Part shown: positions 36,404 through 48,549 of the stretch, piece by piece | Numbering within the stretch: position 1 is the stretch's first letter | Layout of the letters: each line of letters opens with the position of its first letter | Assembly (NCBI RefSeq): GCF_006345805.1 | Contig: NC_043011.1 | Location: 34,980,464-35,044,463, forward strand | Origin: Octopus sinensis | Taxonomy: Eukaryota | Length of the DNA: 64,000 bases | Direction of reading: 5' to 3' | Translations under genes and position numbers: made by a program | Notes under the pieces: generated by a model | The model's input: only the letters and a program-made list of their open reading frames with translations | The model's database searches: none | What the model was told of the DNA's origin: nothing

Positions 36404-37616
36404 ATCTAGACCTCAGATGATAATTGTAAATTAGCATCATTGTCATACAAGGTTGTTTGTTTCCAGTCTTGTGTGTAAAATGTGACCTTGAGGAAATATT
36501 ACCTTGTTTGGAAACAGTTGAGGAGGGTTGGTGACAGAGAGGACATTTGGTTGTAGAAAATTTATGATGATAAATTCCATGCAAGCATGGAAAAGTGGAT
36601 ATCAATTCGTAATGATAGGTTGTGTGGAAAATCTTTATTGACCACCTACTGTGGATGCTTGAGTACACAGATAATGCTTTCATAATAAAAGCAGAATGTT
36701 TTTATTTGTTTGTTTACAAATTAATGTTTTATTAAAGTTTAATCTACAAGTAATTGAATTTTTAGGAAAGTTAGTGTGAGCTTTATAATTTTTCATGCAT
36801 TATTTTGGCCAGAAATAAATAGGCAGTGTGGGAAAACAGTATTAGTCTGATTTTCATGCCTCCTGCATGGAAGTGTCAATAGCAGACATGTTTTAGTATT
36901 ATTCAGACCTCATCAGCCAATCATAAAACCTCTGGTGTACTTGAAGTAGTTATAGAAGAATCACTTAAATGTATATTATACATTAGTTAGTGCAAGAGAA
37001 GATAGTTTAGAAATTAAAGTCGGGTAACTTTTGCATAAAGAAACTTTAAAAGTGTTTTTTTTTTTTAAACTATTGAAATGGTTGGTATTAGGAAGGGCAT
37101 TTTGTGTAGAAACCATACTAAAGTAGATATTGGAACTGGGTTCATTGGCTCCTGTTAAACCATCCGACCTATGCTATCATGGAAATAATCAGAAATTTGT
37201 TGGGATTTAGTAAAATAACTAACTTTTGCATTAAGTTTTTCTTTAAACATAACTCAAAATATTCTTAAACTCTTTGCACTCAAATTACTCAGCCAACTAT
37301 AAAGCTCATTTATTCACTTTATGAATTAATCATGCTTTATCTTGTAGCTTCCAGATTTCAATGATATGATTTAGTTTTAGAATGACATTGTATGACAGTT
37401 GTGGGAACTTGGATCTGGACAGTTTGAACATTATTGAACCAGTATAAAATTTGGTCCGGATGTGGTGGCTGGTTTAAATGTTAAAAAGGGTTTAAAGAAA
37501 CTGCCATATTCTTCGGTGGGTTGGTATCAGATGGGTTAGAGCGTGGCGCATTTAAAAAGATTTTATTTTTTGTTATTGGATTTCAAAAGTAATGTCCTTC
37601 TTCTCTGATATTGCAG

Positions 37617-37778
37617 TGTAAATCCGAATACAAAGTTCCAGGATTATATGTGATTGACTCCATTGTGCGGCAGTCCCGACACCAGTTTGGTGCTGAGAAA
37701 GATGTATTTGCACCAAGATTTACCAAAAATGTAGTGCTGACATTTCAAAATCTCTTCAAATGTCCTCCTGATGAAAAG
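37617..37778 (+). CDS. SCAF4/SCAF8: SCAF exon 3 (CID): CKSEYKVPGLYVIDSIVRQSRHQFGAEKDVFAPRFTKNVVLTFQNLFKCPPDEK
   Basis: Acceptor tgatattgcag, donor AAG|gttagt; 162 nt, phase 0-0; contains the CID signature YVIDSIVR. Confidence 0.96.
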
Positions 37779-37892
37779 GTTAGTATTATCAGTATTTGTA
37801 TTATAACAGCAGTAATATAATGAATTTAACCAATGTGTGTTGAGGTTTAATCTTTTCTTTCTAGTAATTTTTTTTTTTTTCAAAGAAAATTG

Positions 37893-38360
37893 GGTGCTAC
37901 TTTGGCGTATGATCTACAACTTAAAGGGCTATTACTTTAGGTTACTTTATGATTTCTTTTAAATGTATTTTTTCAAAATTCTTACTATTTTAATAATAGT
38001 AAAACCATGTTTCATTTATGTCTTAGAAAACAATTATAAGAAAACAAGAATAATATAATAAAGTGCATAGATCACACAAGTTTGGCAGCTGTGAGTTTTG
38101 CAACATAAAGTTGGCAAAATTTCACTGTTGTCCCCTTTTCTTTAAGCTTCCTTCATTTCTCCACCACAATGATGTCATACTTCATCTACATCTAAAAGGC
38201 CATTTTTTAGTAAAAATGCAACTACCTTTATCTTGTAGCTGGTCTCATTGTAAAAATCTTCAGCCAACATCCTAAGGGTTTTTGAAAATTGAAAAGTAAG
38301 CTAAAAAATAATCTAAAATAATTGCTGTCTAAGTTGTCGATCATACGCCAAAGTAGCACC
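37893..38360. mobile_element. MITE with 31-bp TIRs just downstream of exon 3
   Basis: GGTGCTACTTTGGCGTATGATC(TACAACTTA) at 37893-37923 and its reverse complement at 38330-38360, one mismatch. Confidence 0.75.
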
Positions 38361-40678
38361 AAAAATTGGATTGTTGAGGCACCATTGTAATCTTCTCAGT
38401 GTCTAATTTGTTTACTAAGATCTTCTCTAGTTTTCAGTAGGTTTCAGTTCTATTATATAAGCTCACTTGTGAATGACACTTGCTGTTAATCAACAGTTAC
38501 ACACAGTGTGTTCAACATTTACGCACTATCTGTTTGCTATCTGTAAACTTTCTATTCATCCAATGTCTGCTCGCTGAATGTCTGTCTAGTCATCTGTGCA
38601 CTACCTATCTATTGCAAATTAATGCATACAGCATTATGGCATACTAGTTTTCTTTTTTTTTTTTTTTCAAGTTCGAAAAAAATCTGTCCAAAACTAGGGT
38701 TTGACATACATAGAAAGTACAAAATGTGAGCTTTTCCCACATTGATGTCAGCCAGTAGAACAGCTCTTCTAATGACAACAATAATAATAATTGTACATAA
38801 CAATAATAATAATTGTACAAGTAAACAGGTATTTGGTGAACATATTTAATAAAGTAACAGATTACTTTAAAATGATAAAATAGTAGTACAAATTCAGGGT
38901 TTTATTGAAACTGCATGCTGTTTCCAACAGCTGACTCAGTGACTGGAACACCATTGAACTGAGGTGGCCACCCGACAACTACAGTGTGTCAGCTGCTTGA
39001 TTCCATGGAAGTGTAACAGATTGTGAATTCACATGAATATAAGTACTTTACGCTAATTGGCATAAAAAAAAAGAAAGGAAAAAGGGATAAGTGCGGGCAT
39101 GGGTGTGTGGTAAGAAGTTTGCTTCCCAATCACATGGTTCCAAGTTCAGTCCTGCTGTGTGGAACCTTGGGCAAGGGTGTCTGACTATAACCCTGCAGTG
39201 ACCAAAACCTTGTGAGTGGATTTGGTAGACAGAAACTGAAAGAAACCCATTGTGTGTGTGCCTTGGTTTTTGTCCCCCTCCCCCACTTTATATCTGGTGT
39301 TGGTTTGTTTATATCCTCGTAACTTAGTGGTTTAGCAAAAGTGACTAATAGAATAAGTGCCAAATTTCAAAAGTACGTATTGGAATCACTGTTTGCTTAA
39401 TCTTTTCTCAGCAGTACCCTGGCTGACTCAAAGATAAATATTACCAGCATTTTGGGTGCACACTCTCACAAAAGTCTGCCCCTCTTGGTTTAGGGCATCA
39501 ATTTGTCTATCTATGTTAAAGGTTGTTTGCTATGCTTTATATTATAACCCATACTAGAGATAGGCATTACAGTTAATGTCTTGATGCAAGTGGTGACTCC
39601 TTCAGAAAGCTGTCTCTCCCTCTTCCCCTTCCCTATGGATATTTACCATCAACCACGCCACCACCCTTTTTCATCCTTCATTACATTCACCCCAAGCTTT
39701 TTCTCTAACCATATGTCACTCTCCTCCCACAAACTTGTGAAATTATCTACCTTTTTCTTGCCCCTCTTGATCCACTGTCCATAGCCTCTCTTATACTCAA
39801 CTTCTTGTTCATTGAGAGTATGCTTTCATCACTATCTTTATCTCCCTTCAAGCTACTTTCTCTCATCGTTGTGTATTGTAGGGTAGCCATGTATCTCCCT
39901 AAGTATCAAGATGCTTATGCTTGTCTCTCATATTGTCACTGCTCAACACCAGGCATAACGCTACAACTCCCTCTTTCAGATATACTCCTACTCAGTGGAG
40001 GGGACTTTTTCCTTCCTTCCTTTTTCTTTGCTTTGTCTTGTAAGTTACTTGGCAACCTTACTAGTACCGGTGTCAAGAACAAAAAGCACCCAGTACATGC
40101 TGGAAAGTGATTGGTGTTAGGAAGGGCTCCACTTATAGAAATGATGTGAAAGCTGATATTGGGACCTGACATAGCCTTGTGGCTTGTTGGATCCTGTTGA
40201 ACCATCCAACCCATGTCAGCTTGAAAAGAGACTGAAATGATAATGATTAAAACACAAGCTCTTTGGGGTTTAGTTAAACTTTGTCATTGTTAGAGGTCTT
40301 CTTTGGCCTGTTTTAGAGATTAGTTCTTGATTTAACAAGTACACCACCACATTTGTGGCTTGGCTGTTCTAATAAAAGTGCAACTCATAATTATAGGGCC
40401 TGTGGTCCTGTTCTTATGCCTCGAATTGAAAAAAAATTTCTCAAATTAAAAAACTAAAAAAAAGCTTTGTTGTCTGGGGAAATTCATACTTACCTTAATA
40501 TCTAACACACTCACTGGTTCAATTTCCACTCATTATTTATAATTTTTCTTTTCCAAAAATTTTGTTGCTTTTGCAACCTTGTCAGTGGATGTTGACTCTG
40601 TCTGTTATTGGAACTGTGTTCTTTTTGTCTGTTTTGTGCACTGGAAACTAAATATTTTTTTGCATTTTTCTTTATCAG

Positions 40679-40796
40679 AGCAAAGTTGTTCGTGTATTGA
40701 ATTTGTGGCAGAAAAATGCTGTTTTCCCTGTTGAGGTCATTCAGCCCTTGTTGGATCTAGCTGGGGAACCTACCAATCCAGAGTTAATAGCTTCAG
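40679..40796 (+). CDS. SCAF4/SCAF8: SCAF exon 4 (end of CID): SKVVRVLNLWQKNAVFPVEVIQPLLDLAGEPTNPELIAS
   Basis: Acceptor ttttctttatcag, donor CAG|gtagga; 118 nt, phase 0-1; RVLNLWQKN motif. Confidence 0.95.
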
Positions 40797-42204
40797 GTAG
40801 GAATTTCATTTTACTTCTGAGTTTTTCTTAAAATGTTATCTTTCAGCAGATTTGTTGTTTGCTGCATCCCATGTCTTACCTCAATAAATACTTGGAAAAA
40901 TACTTGTCAATTGTGCTGGTGCCATGTTAGAATCACCTGTTCAAGTGCCATGTAAAAATCTTTCAGTACTTTCTGTAAATTGGTTGTCATTAGGAAAGAC
41001 ATCCAGCTATAGAAACCTTGTCAAAACATACAATTGGAGTTTGGTGCAGCTCTCTGTCTCGCCAGCTCCTGTCAAACTGTCCAACCCATGCTAGCATTGA
41101 AAATGTGCTAAATGATGATGAATCACCTCTGTGCAATTACAGCCTCCAGTTTTATAGTGACCTTTATTAAAGCTTTGGGAAAAATAGATTGTTATGCATT
41201 TTCCTCATTTAATGGAGCAACTGATTTTTAACACCTTTGATACCAGCCTACTGAGACTGTCCAAAATCTTTGTTTTACAATAACATGTTAAAACCTTCCA
41301 TCAAAATTTCATCTTAATATTTTGTCCCAAACAAAAAGTTACTTCAAAAACTTTTTGAAAAGGGAAAAAAAATAGTTAAGGTGTGGCTGTGTGGTAGGAA
41401 GCACATGGTTCCAGGTTCAGTCCCACTGTGTAGCACCTTGGGCAAGTGCCTTCTACTATAACCTTAGGTTGACCAAAGCCTTGTTAGTGGATTTGGTAGG
41501 TGGAAACTGAAAGAAGCCTGTCAGTATGTATACATTTATATGTGTGTCTTTGTGTTTGTTCCCCCCCACCACTTGACGATTGATGTGTTTACATTCCTGT
41601 AGCTTAGTGGTTTGACAAAAGTGATCAATAGAATAAGTACCAGGATTAAAAAAATAAGTACTGGGGTTGATTCATTTGACTAAAAGATTCTTCAAGGCAT
41701 TGCCCCAGCATGGCCACAGTCTAATGGCTGAAGCAAGTAAGAGATAAAATTTTTTATGTTCAAAAGTAATGGAACCAAAAGCAATGTATTTCAAGAGAAA
41801 TATCAAAATAAAAAGGTTAAAGAAGCTTCTTCACAAAGATAGCTAGAGATGTAGCAAAAATATTACCAACCAATTTTTTTTTTAAAGTTAATAGAAGATG
41901 GGAACGATCGGAGTGTTTTGCTATCTCCTATATAAAATATCAGAGCTGCTGAATTTCAAGGAGGTAGGAAATATTGAAATCTGTGAAGTTCCAGCTTCAA
42001 AATATGCATGTGCACATGCACACACACATTCACACACTTCCCCTGTATAGACAAGGGACAAATGAACCCGATACCCATGAAAGTTCATTCTTTTATTCAA
42101 AGGTTTTAACTCAAGTTTCTAAATGCTATTGCATCCTCCAAAGTTCATTGCTCCATGAGAAGTGATAAAGAACACTTAGGAACCTATGAACACACAATTG
42201 CATG

Positions 42205-42217
<13 letters not shown>

Positions 42218-42240
<23 letters not shown>

Positions 42241-42578
42241 ATTGGTGTTAGGAAGCTCATCCAGCCATAAAAGCCATGCCAGAACAATCACAGTAGCCTG
42301 GTATAGTCTTCTACCTGGCTGGCTCCTATCAAACTGTCTAACCCATGCCAGCATGGAAGATAGATGTTAAATGATGATGGTATATATATATATATATATA
42401 AATAAAATTATGTTGATGCAAACAGGAAAATTACAACTCAGAATATGAGAAAGGTCCAAGAGTTTTGTGCATGGCACCTTAGGCACGTGTCTTCTACTAT
42501 AGCCTCGGGTCAACCAAGGCCTTGTGTGTGGATTTGGTAGGTGGGAACTAAAAGAAGCCCGTCATATATGTTTATGTA

Positions 42579-42614
<36 letters not shown>

Positions 42615-42976
42615 ATTGGTGTTAGGAAGCTCATCCAGCCATAAAAGCCATGCCAGAACAATCACAGTAGCCTGGTATAGTCTTCTACCTGGCTGGCTCC
42701 TATCAAACTGTCTAACCCATGCCAGCATGGAAGATAGATGTTAAATGATGATGGTATATATATATATATATATAAATAAAATTATGTTGATGCAAACAGG
42801 AAAATTACAACTCAGAATATGAGAAAGGTCCAAGAGTTTTGTGCATGGCACCTTAGGCACGTGTCTTCTACTATAGCCTCGGGTCAACCAAGGCCTTGTG
42901 TGTGGATTTGGTAGGTGGGAACTAAAAGAAGCCCGTCATATATGTTTATGTATTTGTGTGTGTGTGTGTGTGTGTG
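42218..42976. repeat. Exact 374-bp tandem duplication bounded by (TG)n
   Basis: Identical landmarks at 42238/42612, 42347/42721 and 42581/42955; the internal (TA)10 is also identical. Confidence 0.95.
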
Positions 42977-43162
42977 TCTGTCTCCCCGCCATTGCTTGAT
43001 AACCGATGTTAATGTGTTTATGTCCAGGTAACTTAGCAGTCCAGCAAAAGAGACCAACAGAATAATTACCAGGCTTACAAAGAATAGGTCCTGGGGTCAA
43101 TTTCTTCAACTAAAAGGTGGTGCTTCAGCATTGCCACAGTCAAATGACTAGAACAAGTAAAA

Positions 43163-43206
<44 letters not shown>

Positions 43207-43692
43207 CCGTCCAACCCATGCTAGCATGGAAAGCGGACGTTAAACGATGATGATGATGATATATATAAATATAGTTAAATGCAGGTGTTATTCAAATTCT
43301 TTTACTTCTGACATATGTTTCGAAGATATCATAGGTATTATTCCAAAGGAATAAAATGGTGTAAAACAATGTAATCTTCTCTTCAGGGAAGTGAAGAAAT
43401 GAAATTTGTCAATAAGACACCTTAACAGAAAATGATGGATATGTATAGTGGTTAACTGAACGCTATTAATATTATTTCAAAAAAACATTATAGGATATAA
43501 CATCAGAGGTAGCCTATAGAAACTTGTGGTAAAACCTTTGAATGAAAGAATGAACTTACATGGGTATTGCGTTCCTTTGTCTGTACAGGGGAAGTGTGTG
43601 TGTGTGTGTGCATGCGCATGTGCTTATTTTGAAGCTGGAACTATTTATCTTATTTTTTTCCTGTTAATTGTTTACAAGGGAAAAATACACAC

Positions 43693-43745
<53 letters not shown>

Positions 43746-43782
43746 AAAAAAATAAAATTTTTTTGTTGCATTTATTCTTCAG

Positions 43783-43982
43783 CTCAGCGAGCAGTTGATG
43801 GCCTTGTGGCTGTAAGTCAAAAGTCTGGAAATGCTACCAACCAGTTTTCTGGAGAACACCATTCACATGAAGCTGCTGGACAGGTTCGGCATGAGAAGGA
43901 GTTACCATCAGCAAGCTCTCTTCTGGAAGCGCAGAATGACATGCTAGACACCGTGAAGCAATTACTTCAGCAAACACAAAAG
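43783..43982 (+). CDS. SCAF4/SCAF8: SCAF exon 5 (linker): AQRAVDGLVAVSQKSG..MLDTVKQLLQQTQK
   Basis: Acceptor tttattcttcag, donor AAG|gttagc; 200 nt, phase 1-0; frame matches both flanking exons. Confidence 0.85.
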
Positions 43983-44258
43983 GTTAGCATTCTTCTATGT
44001 TTATTATCTTATCTTATTTGTGTGTTTCTTGATTTTAGAAATAGTTGTTTTGATAGCAGGGAGTTCGCAAAGCTGAGCTTTAAATATGTCTTATACAAAA
44101 TAGACCTCCGTGTGTGTGTGTGTGTTTGCTTTTCATGCAAAAAACGGCTGTTCGAATTGCTTCCGTACTTGAGATGCATGAATAATTTGACCTCGGCTGC
44201 ATAATAGGGTCTTCAGTTTAATTTTTGTATTAAAAATAAATAAAACTGCTTTATATAT

Positions 44259-44421
44259 AGGCGTAGGAGTGGCTGTGTGGTAAGTAGCTTGCTTCCAAAC
44301 CATATGGTTCCAGGTTCAGTCCCACTGCATGGCAACTTGGCAAGTGTCTTCTACTATAGCCTCGGGCCGACCAAAACCTTGTGAGTGGATTTGGTAGACA
44401 GAAACTGAAAGAAGCCCGTCG

Positions 44422-44452
<31 letters not shown>

Positions 44453-44635
44453 CCTCCCAACATAGCTTGACAACCGATGCTGGTGTGTTTACGTCCCTGT
44501 AACTAAGCAGTTTGGCAAAAGCGACTGATAGAATAAGTACTAGGTTTACAAAGAATAAGTCCTGGGGGCGATTTGCTCGACTGAAGGCAGTGCTCCAACA
44601 TAGCCACAGCCAAATGACTGAAACAAGTAAAAGAG
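44259..44635 (+). mobile_element. SINE family B, full length
   Basis: aggcgtaggagtggctgtgtggtaag..gaaacaagtaaaagag in a TA-rich site. Confidence 0.88.
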
Positions 44636-45570
44636 TATATATGATTCAGTTGTTTAAAAAGATTTCTCTGTCAACTTCTGGTATTGACGTAGCAATTTAT
44701 CTTCCTTCATAAAAGTGGTAAATTTTGTATTGTCGTTTATTATTTTTGTATTATGAATTCCGAATTGATTTCCCAATTGAAGAATAAATGGAATTTAGAA
44801 TAACAAATTTCTGTACAACATATTTTGCTTTTTCTTCCAATATACAGGGTTGGCCAAGAGTCACCTGACAGTAAATCAAACCCATTTAATTCCAAGATTT
44901 ATTTATGTTTAGCAACTGAATGAATTTGATAAAAAGCATCTTAATATGAACATCATGAAAATTGTTCAAACTGAAGTCCTTCTTGAGCGACACATTTTTC
45001 CATTTGAGTCAATACAGAATTAGAGATAGTATTTATGGAATTTTGATTTACTATTGGTTGACTTCTGGCCAACTCTGTATAAGGAACAATTTCCTTCCTG
45101 GCAATGCCAAGTGCCTCTGCTAGTAAGTTATAAACTTTAGTTTTGTCCTTTTAGGTTTTGCAAAAGTGGCCATAAATAGGTGTAGGCATGGCTGTGTGAT
45201 AAAAGTTTGCTTCCCAACCACATGGTTCTGGGTCCAATCCCACTGTGTGGCACCTTGGGCAAGTGTTTTCTACCTTAGCCTTGGGCTGACCAAATCTTTG
45301 TGAGTGAATTAAGTAGATGGAAACTATGTAGAAGCCCAGTGTGTACATGTATGTATGTATTTGTGTTTGTCCCCCACTGCTGTTTGACAACTGGTGTTGG
45401 TTTGTTTTCCGCCCCCTTAACTTAGCAGTTTGGCAAAAGAGACTGAAAGAATAATTACCAGGCTTTGAAAGTAAGTGCTAGTGTTGATTTGTTCAACTAA
45501 ACCCTCCGGTTGGTGCTCCAGCATGGCCATGCTCCAATGACAGAAACAAGTAAAAGTTAAAAAGGCAACC

Positions 45571-45807
45571 AGGCGCAGGAGTGGCTGTGTGGTAAGTAGC
45601 TTGCTAACCAACCACATGGCTGCGGGTTCAGTCCCACTGCGTGGCATCTTGGGCAAGTGTCTTCTGCTATAGCCTCGGGCCGACCAATGCCTTGTGAGTG
45701 GATTTGGTAGACGGAAACTGAAAGAAGACTGTCGTATATATGTATATATATATATGTAGGTCCCGGGTTGATTCGGGGTTAACCACAGTAAATAAGGTAC
45801 TCAATAA

Positions 45808-45890
<83 letters not shown>

Positions 45891-46088
45891 TGTCCCCCTA
45901 GCATTGCTTGACAACCGATGCTGGTGTGTTTACGTCCCCGTCACTTAGCGGTTCGGCAAAAGAGACTGATAGAATAAGTACTGGGCTTACAAAGAATAAG
46001 TCCCGGGGTCGATTAGATCGACTAAAGGCGGTGCTCCAGCATGGCCGCAGTCAAATGACTGAAACATGTAAAAGAGTAAAGAGAGAGA
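45571..46088 (+). mobile_element. Young full-length SINE family B with an expanded (TA)n (45811-45887) and a foreign ~54-bp insert
   Basis: CpG-retaining copy; insert 45756-45809 is absent from the other copies. Confidence 0.88.
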
Positions 46089-48321
46089 GTCTATGTTGTA
46101 GTATTTGAATATGTAGTTGAAATTTGACTTAGGAATTGAGACAAGGCTCTATTGCTGTATTAGTTTTCAGAATAACTTATGTTTGAGGCTGATATACTTG
46201 TATCTTTTGTGTGGAAAGTTGTAGAACCTGCTGCTGGAATAATGCTACAAAGCAGTGCTAAAGTAGAGCAGTTTTGAGATATTGTCTATTCAATAGTTTT
46301 GAATTGGTAAAGTTTAATTTTTTCAGTTTTTGTCTTTTTGGAACTGTGCTTATTGTCTTTCAAGCTATTTGGTGACCTGAGTGGTGCTGATGCCTCATAG
46401 AAAGCACCAGTGCTGGTGTCACGTAAAAAGCACACAGTACACTCTGTGAAGTGGTTGGTGTTAGGTAAAGCAACCGACCATAGAAGCCTTGCCAAAACAG
46501 ACAATTAGAAATTAGTTCTGCTCTCTGGCTTGCCAACTCCTACTAAACTATCCAACACATGCCAGCATGGAAAACAGATGTTAAATGATGAGTATATATA
46601 TATATAAATCTTAGTTGACGTTATAGATTGTCTGTGTTAGTTGATGCATGGCAGATTGCCCGTCTTAGTTGATGTGTGCCATACATTAAGGCAGATGTAA
46701 TCTGTTCATGTAACCCAGATAGAATCTTAGTTGATATAAGAGAGATTGTGATTTCATGCATAGTTAATTCATTCATGTCTGATTTACAGATTTGAAAAGC
46801 TGAATGAATAAGGTATTAGTGGTGAATTGGCTGTTGGGCTAGGAGTTCATATCTAAGTCTTGGAATTATGTCTGCTCACCATACTTATTTGCCTCAGTTT
46901 ACCGTGTCCGATTCAGAACTGCAATGTATTGCGGACTGAGAGACTGCGTCCCTCTCTCGTTTAGTACTCTCTTACCTGCTGCCCAAATGCAGTGAGATGC
47001 TTACAGTGAAATATGAATGACCCTATTATCTCCACTTGTCTATTTTATCCCTGTAGATTGGCTGATTAAGAGGAAGGGGGTTACATTCATGGAGGCTAAT
47101 GTTTAACCCTTTAGTGTTCAGATTATTCTATCAAACATAATGCTTATTGATTCCCATTGATTTGAATTAATCATGCATTATCTCATATCTTCAAGATCTT
47201 GATGGTGTAATTACTTAATGTAGAATAACATTGTAGGGTAGGTGCGAGAGCCTGGATCTGGTCAGTTTGAACATAAAACAGATTAACTATTTTGGCCGGA
47301 TATGGCCGGTTTAAATACTAAAGGGTTAAATACCTTCAGATATTATTGATCAGTGAATAAAAAATATTGGGGACCTGTTAATGAATGAGCATTTGAAATC
47401 AAATCTGGTTAATTCTGTTATTTCACTGGAAATGAAAGCTTAAGCAGCTGGTTACTACACAGCCTTCAACAAGTACCAGGTACTCTTTGCATATGCATAA
47501 TAATTTTTGAGATGGGATAGGTTAGATTATTTTTCAAGATTCAACCATTTAAGTGACATTAATTCTGAATGAATCAAAACTGTGACCGAGTTGTTGTTTA
47601 ATTGCATATTTCTGTTTTTACCACTAGTTAGTTGCTGAAGTTGGCACTTAACCAACTATAGCAACTGACTGGTGGTGCTCTGTTGAAAAATGAAAGGTTT
47701 AGTAAAACAACCAGCTTTTTTCATTAGTAAGGTGGTAAGCTGGCAGAATTGTTAGCATGCTGAACAAAATGCTTAGTGGCATTTTGTCTGTCTATGTTTT
47801 GAGCTTAAATGTTGCCAAAGTCACCTTTGCCCTTCATCCTTTTGGAGTTGATGAAATAGATACCTGTTAAGCACTGGGGTTGAAGTAATCGACTAGCCAC
47901 CTTCCCCAGAAGTTTCAGGCCTTCTGCCTATAATAAAAAGGATTAAGCTGGTGTTTGGACTGTAACTTAAACAAATGACACTTCCATAAAATGTTTTTGT
48001 TTAGACAAGGATTTTTAGTGAGAGAGTTAGGGAGAAAATAGTTGAAGAAAACATTGTTTTAATGTCTACCTTTCCATGCCTGCATGATCAGATGGGGATT
48101 TGCTTTTCCCATTGACAACTCTCACTTGTTTATGAATATAATAAGCCTCTGGTCTATCAAACAAAGAAGTGTGTACATAGTTATGTGCTGAACTGGAAAC
48201 AAAAGAACTTCGTTTGAACAAACTTTTGTTTGTATGCATGTCTGTGCTGTGTTTTTTTTTCTTTTTTTCTATGAGCTATATTCTATTTGTTCCTCAAATC
48301 TTTTTTCAACTCTTCCATCAG

Positions 48322-48549
48322 CAGCCAACAAGTCTGAGCGCTCAGCAACAACAGCTTCAACAACTGCAACTACTCCAGCAGCAGTTACTACAGCAGACCG
48401 AGCTGATGCAGCAGCCGGCCCAACAGCAGCAGGCAGCAGCAATTATTGATAGTAACCTTTTGTCACAGATCCAGACTTTGACAAATCAGTTGCTCAACAA
48501 TCAAATCAAGACATTACACTCTAAACCTCCTGAGCCTGGATTCAATAAG
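48322..48549 (+). CDS. SCAF4/SCAF8: SCAF exon 6 (Q-rich): QPTSLSAQQQQLQQ..LLSQIQTLTNQLL..KPPEPGFNK
   Basis: Tandem CAGCAG acceptor (start 48322 or 48325), donor AAG|gtcaca; 228 nt, phase 0-0. Confidence 0.88.

Noticed and set aside
40486-40495. ATACTTACCT, the U1 snRNA 5' end
   Set aside because: No U1 body follows; it is just a minus-strand donor-like string within repeat-like sequence.
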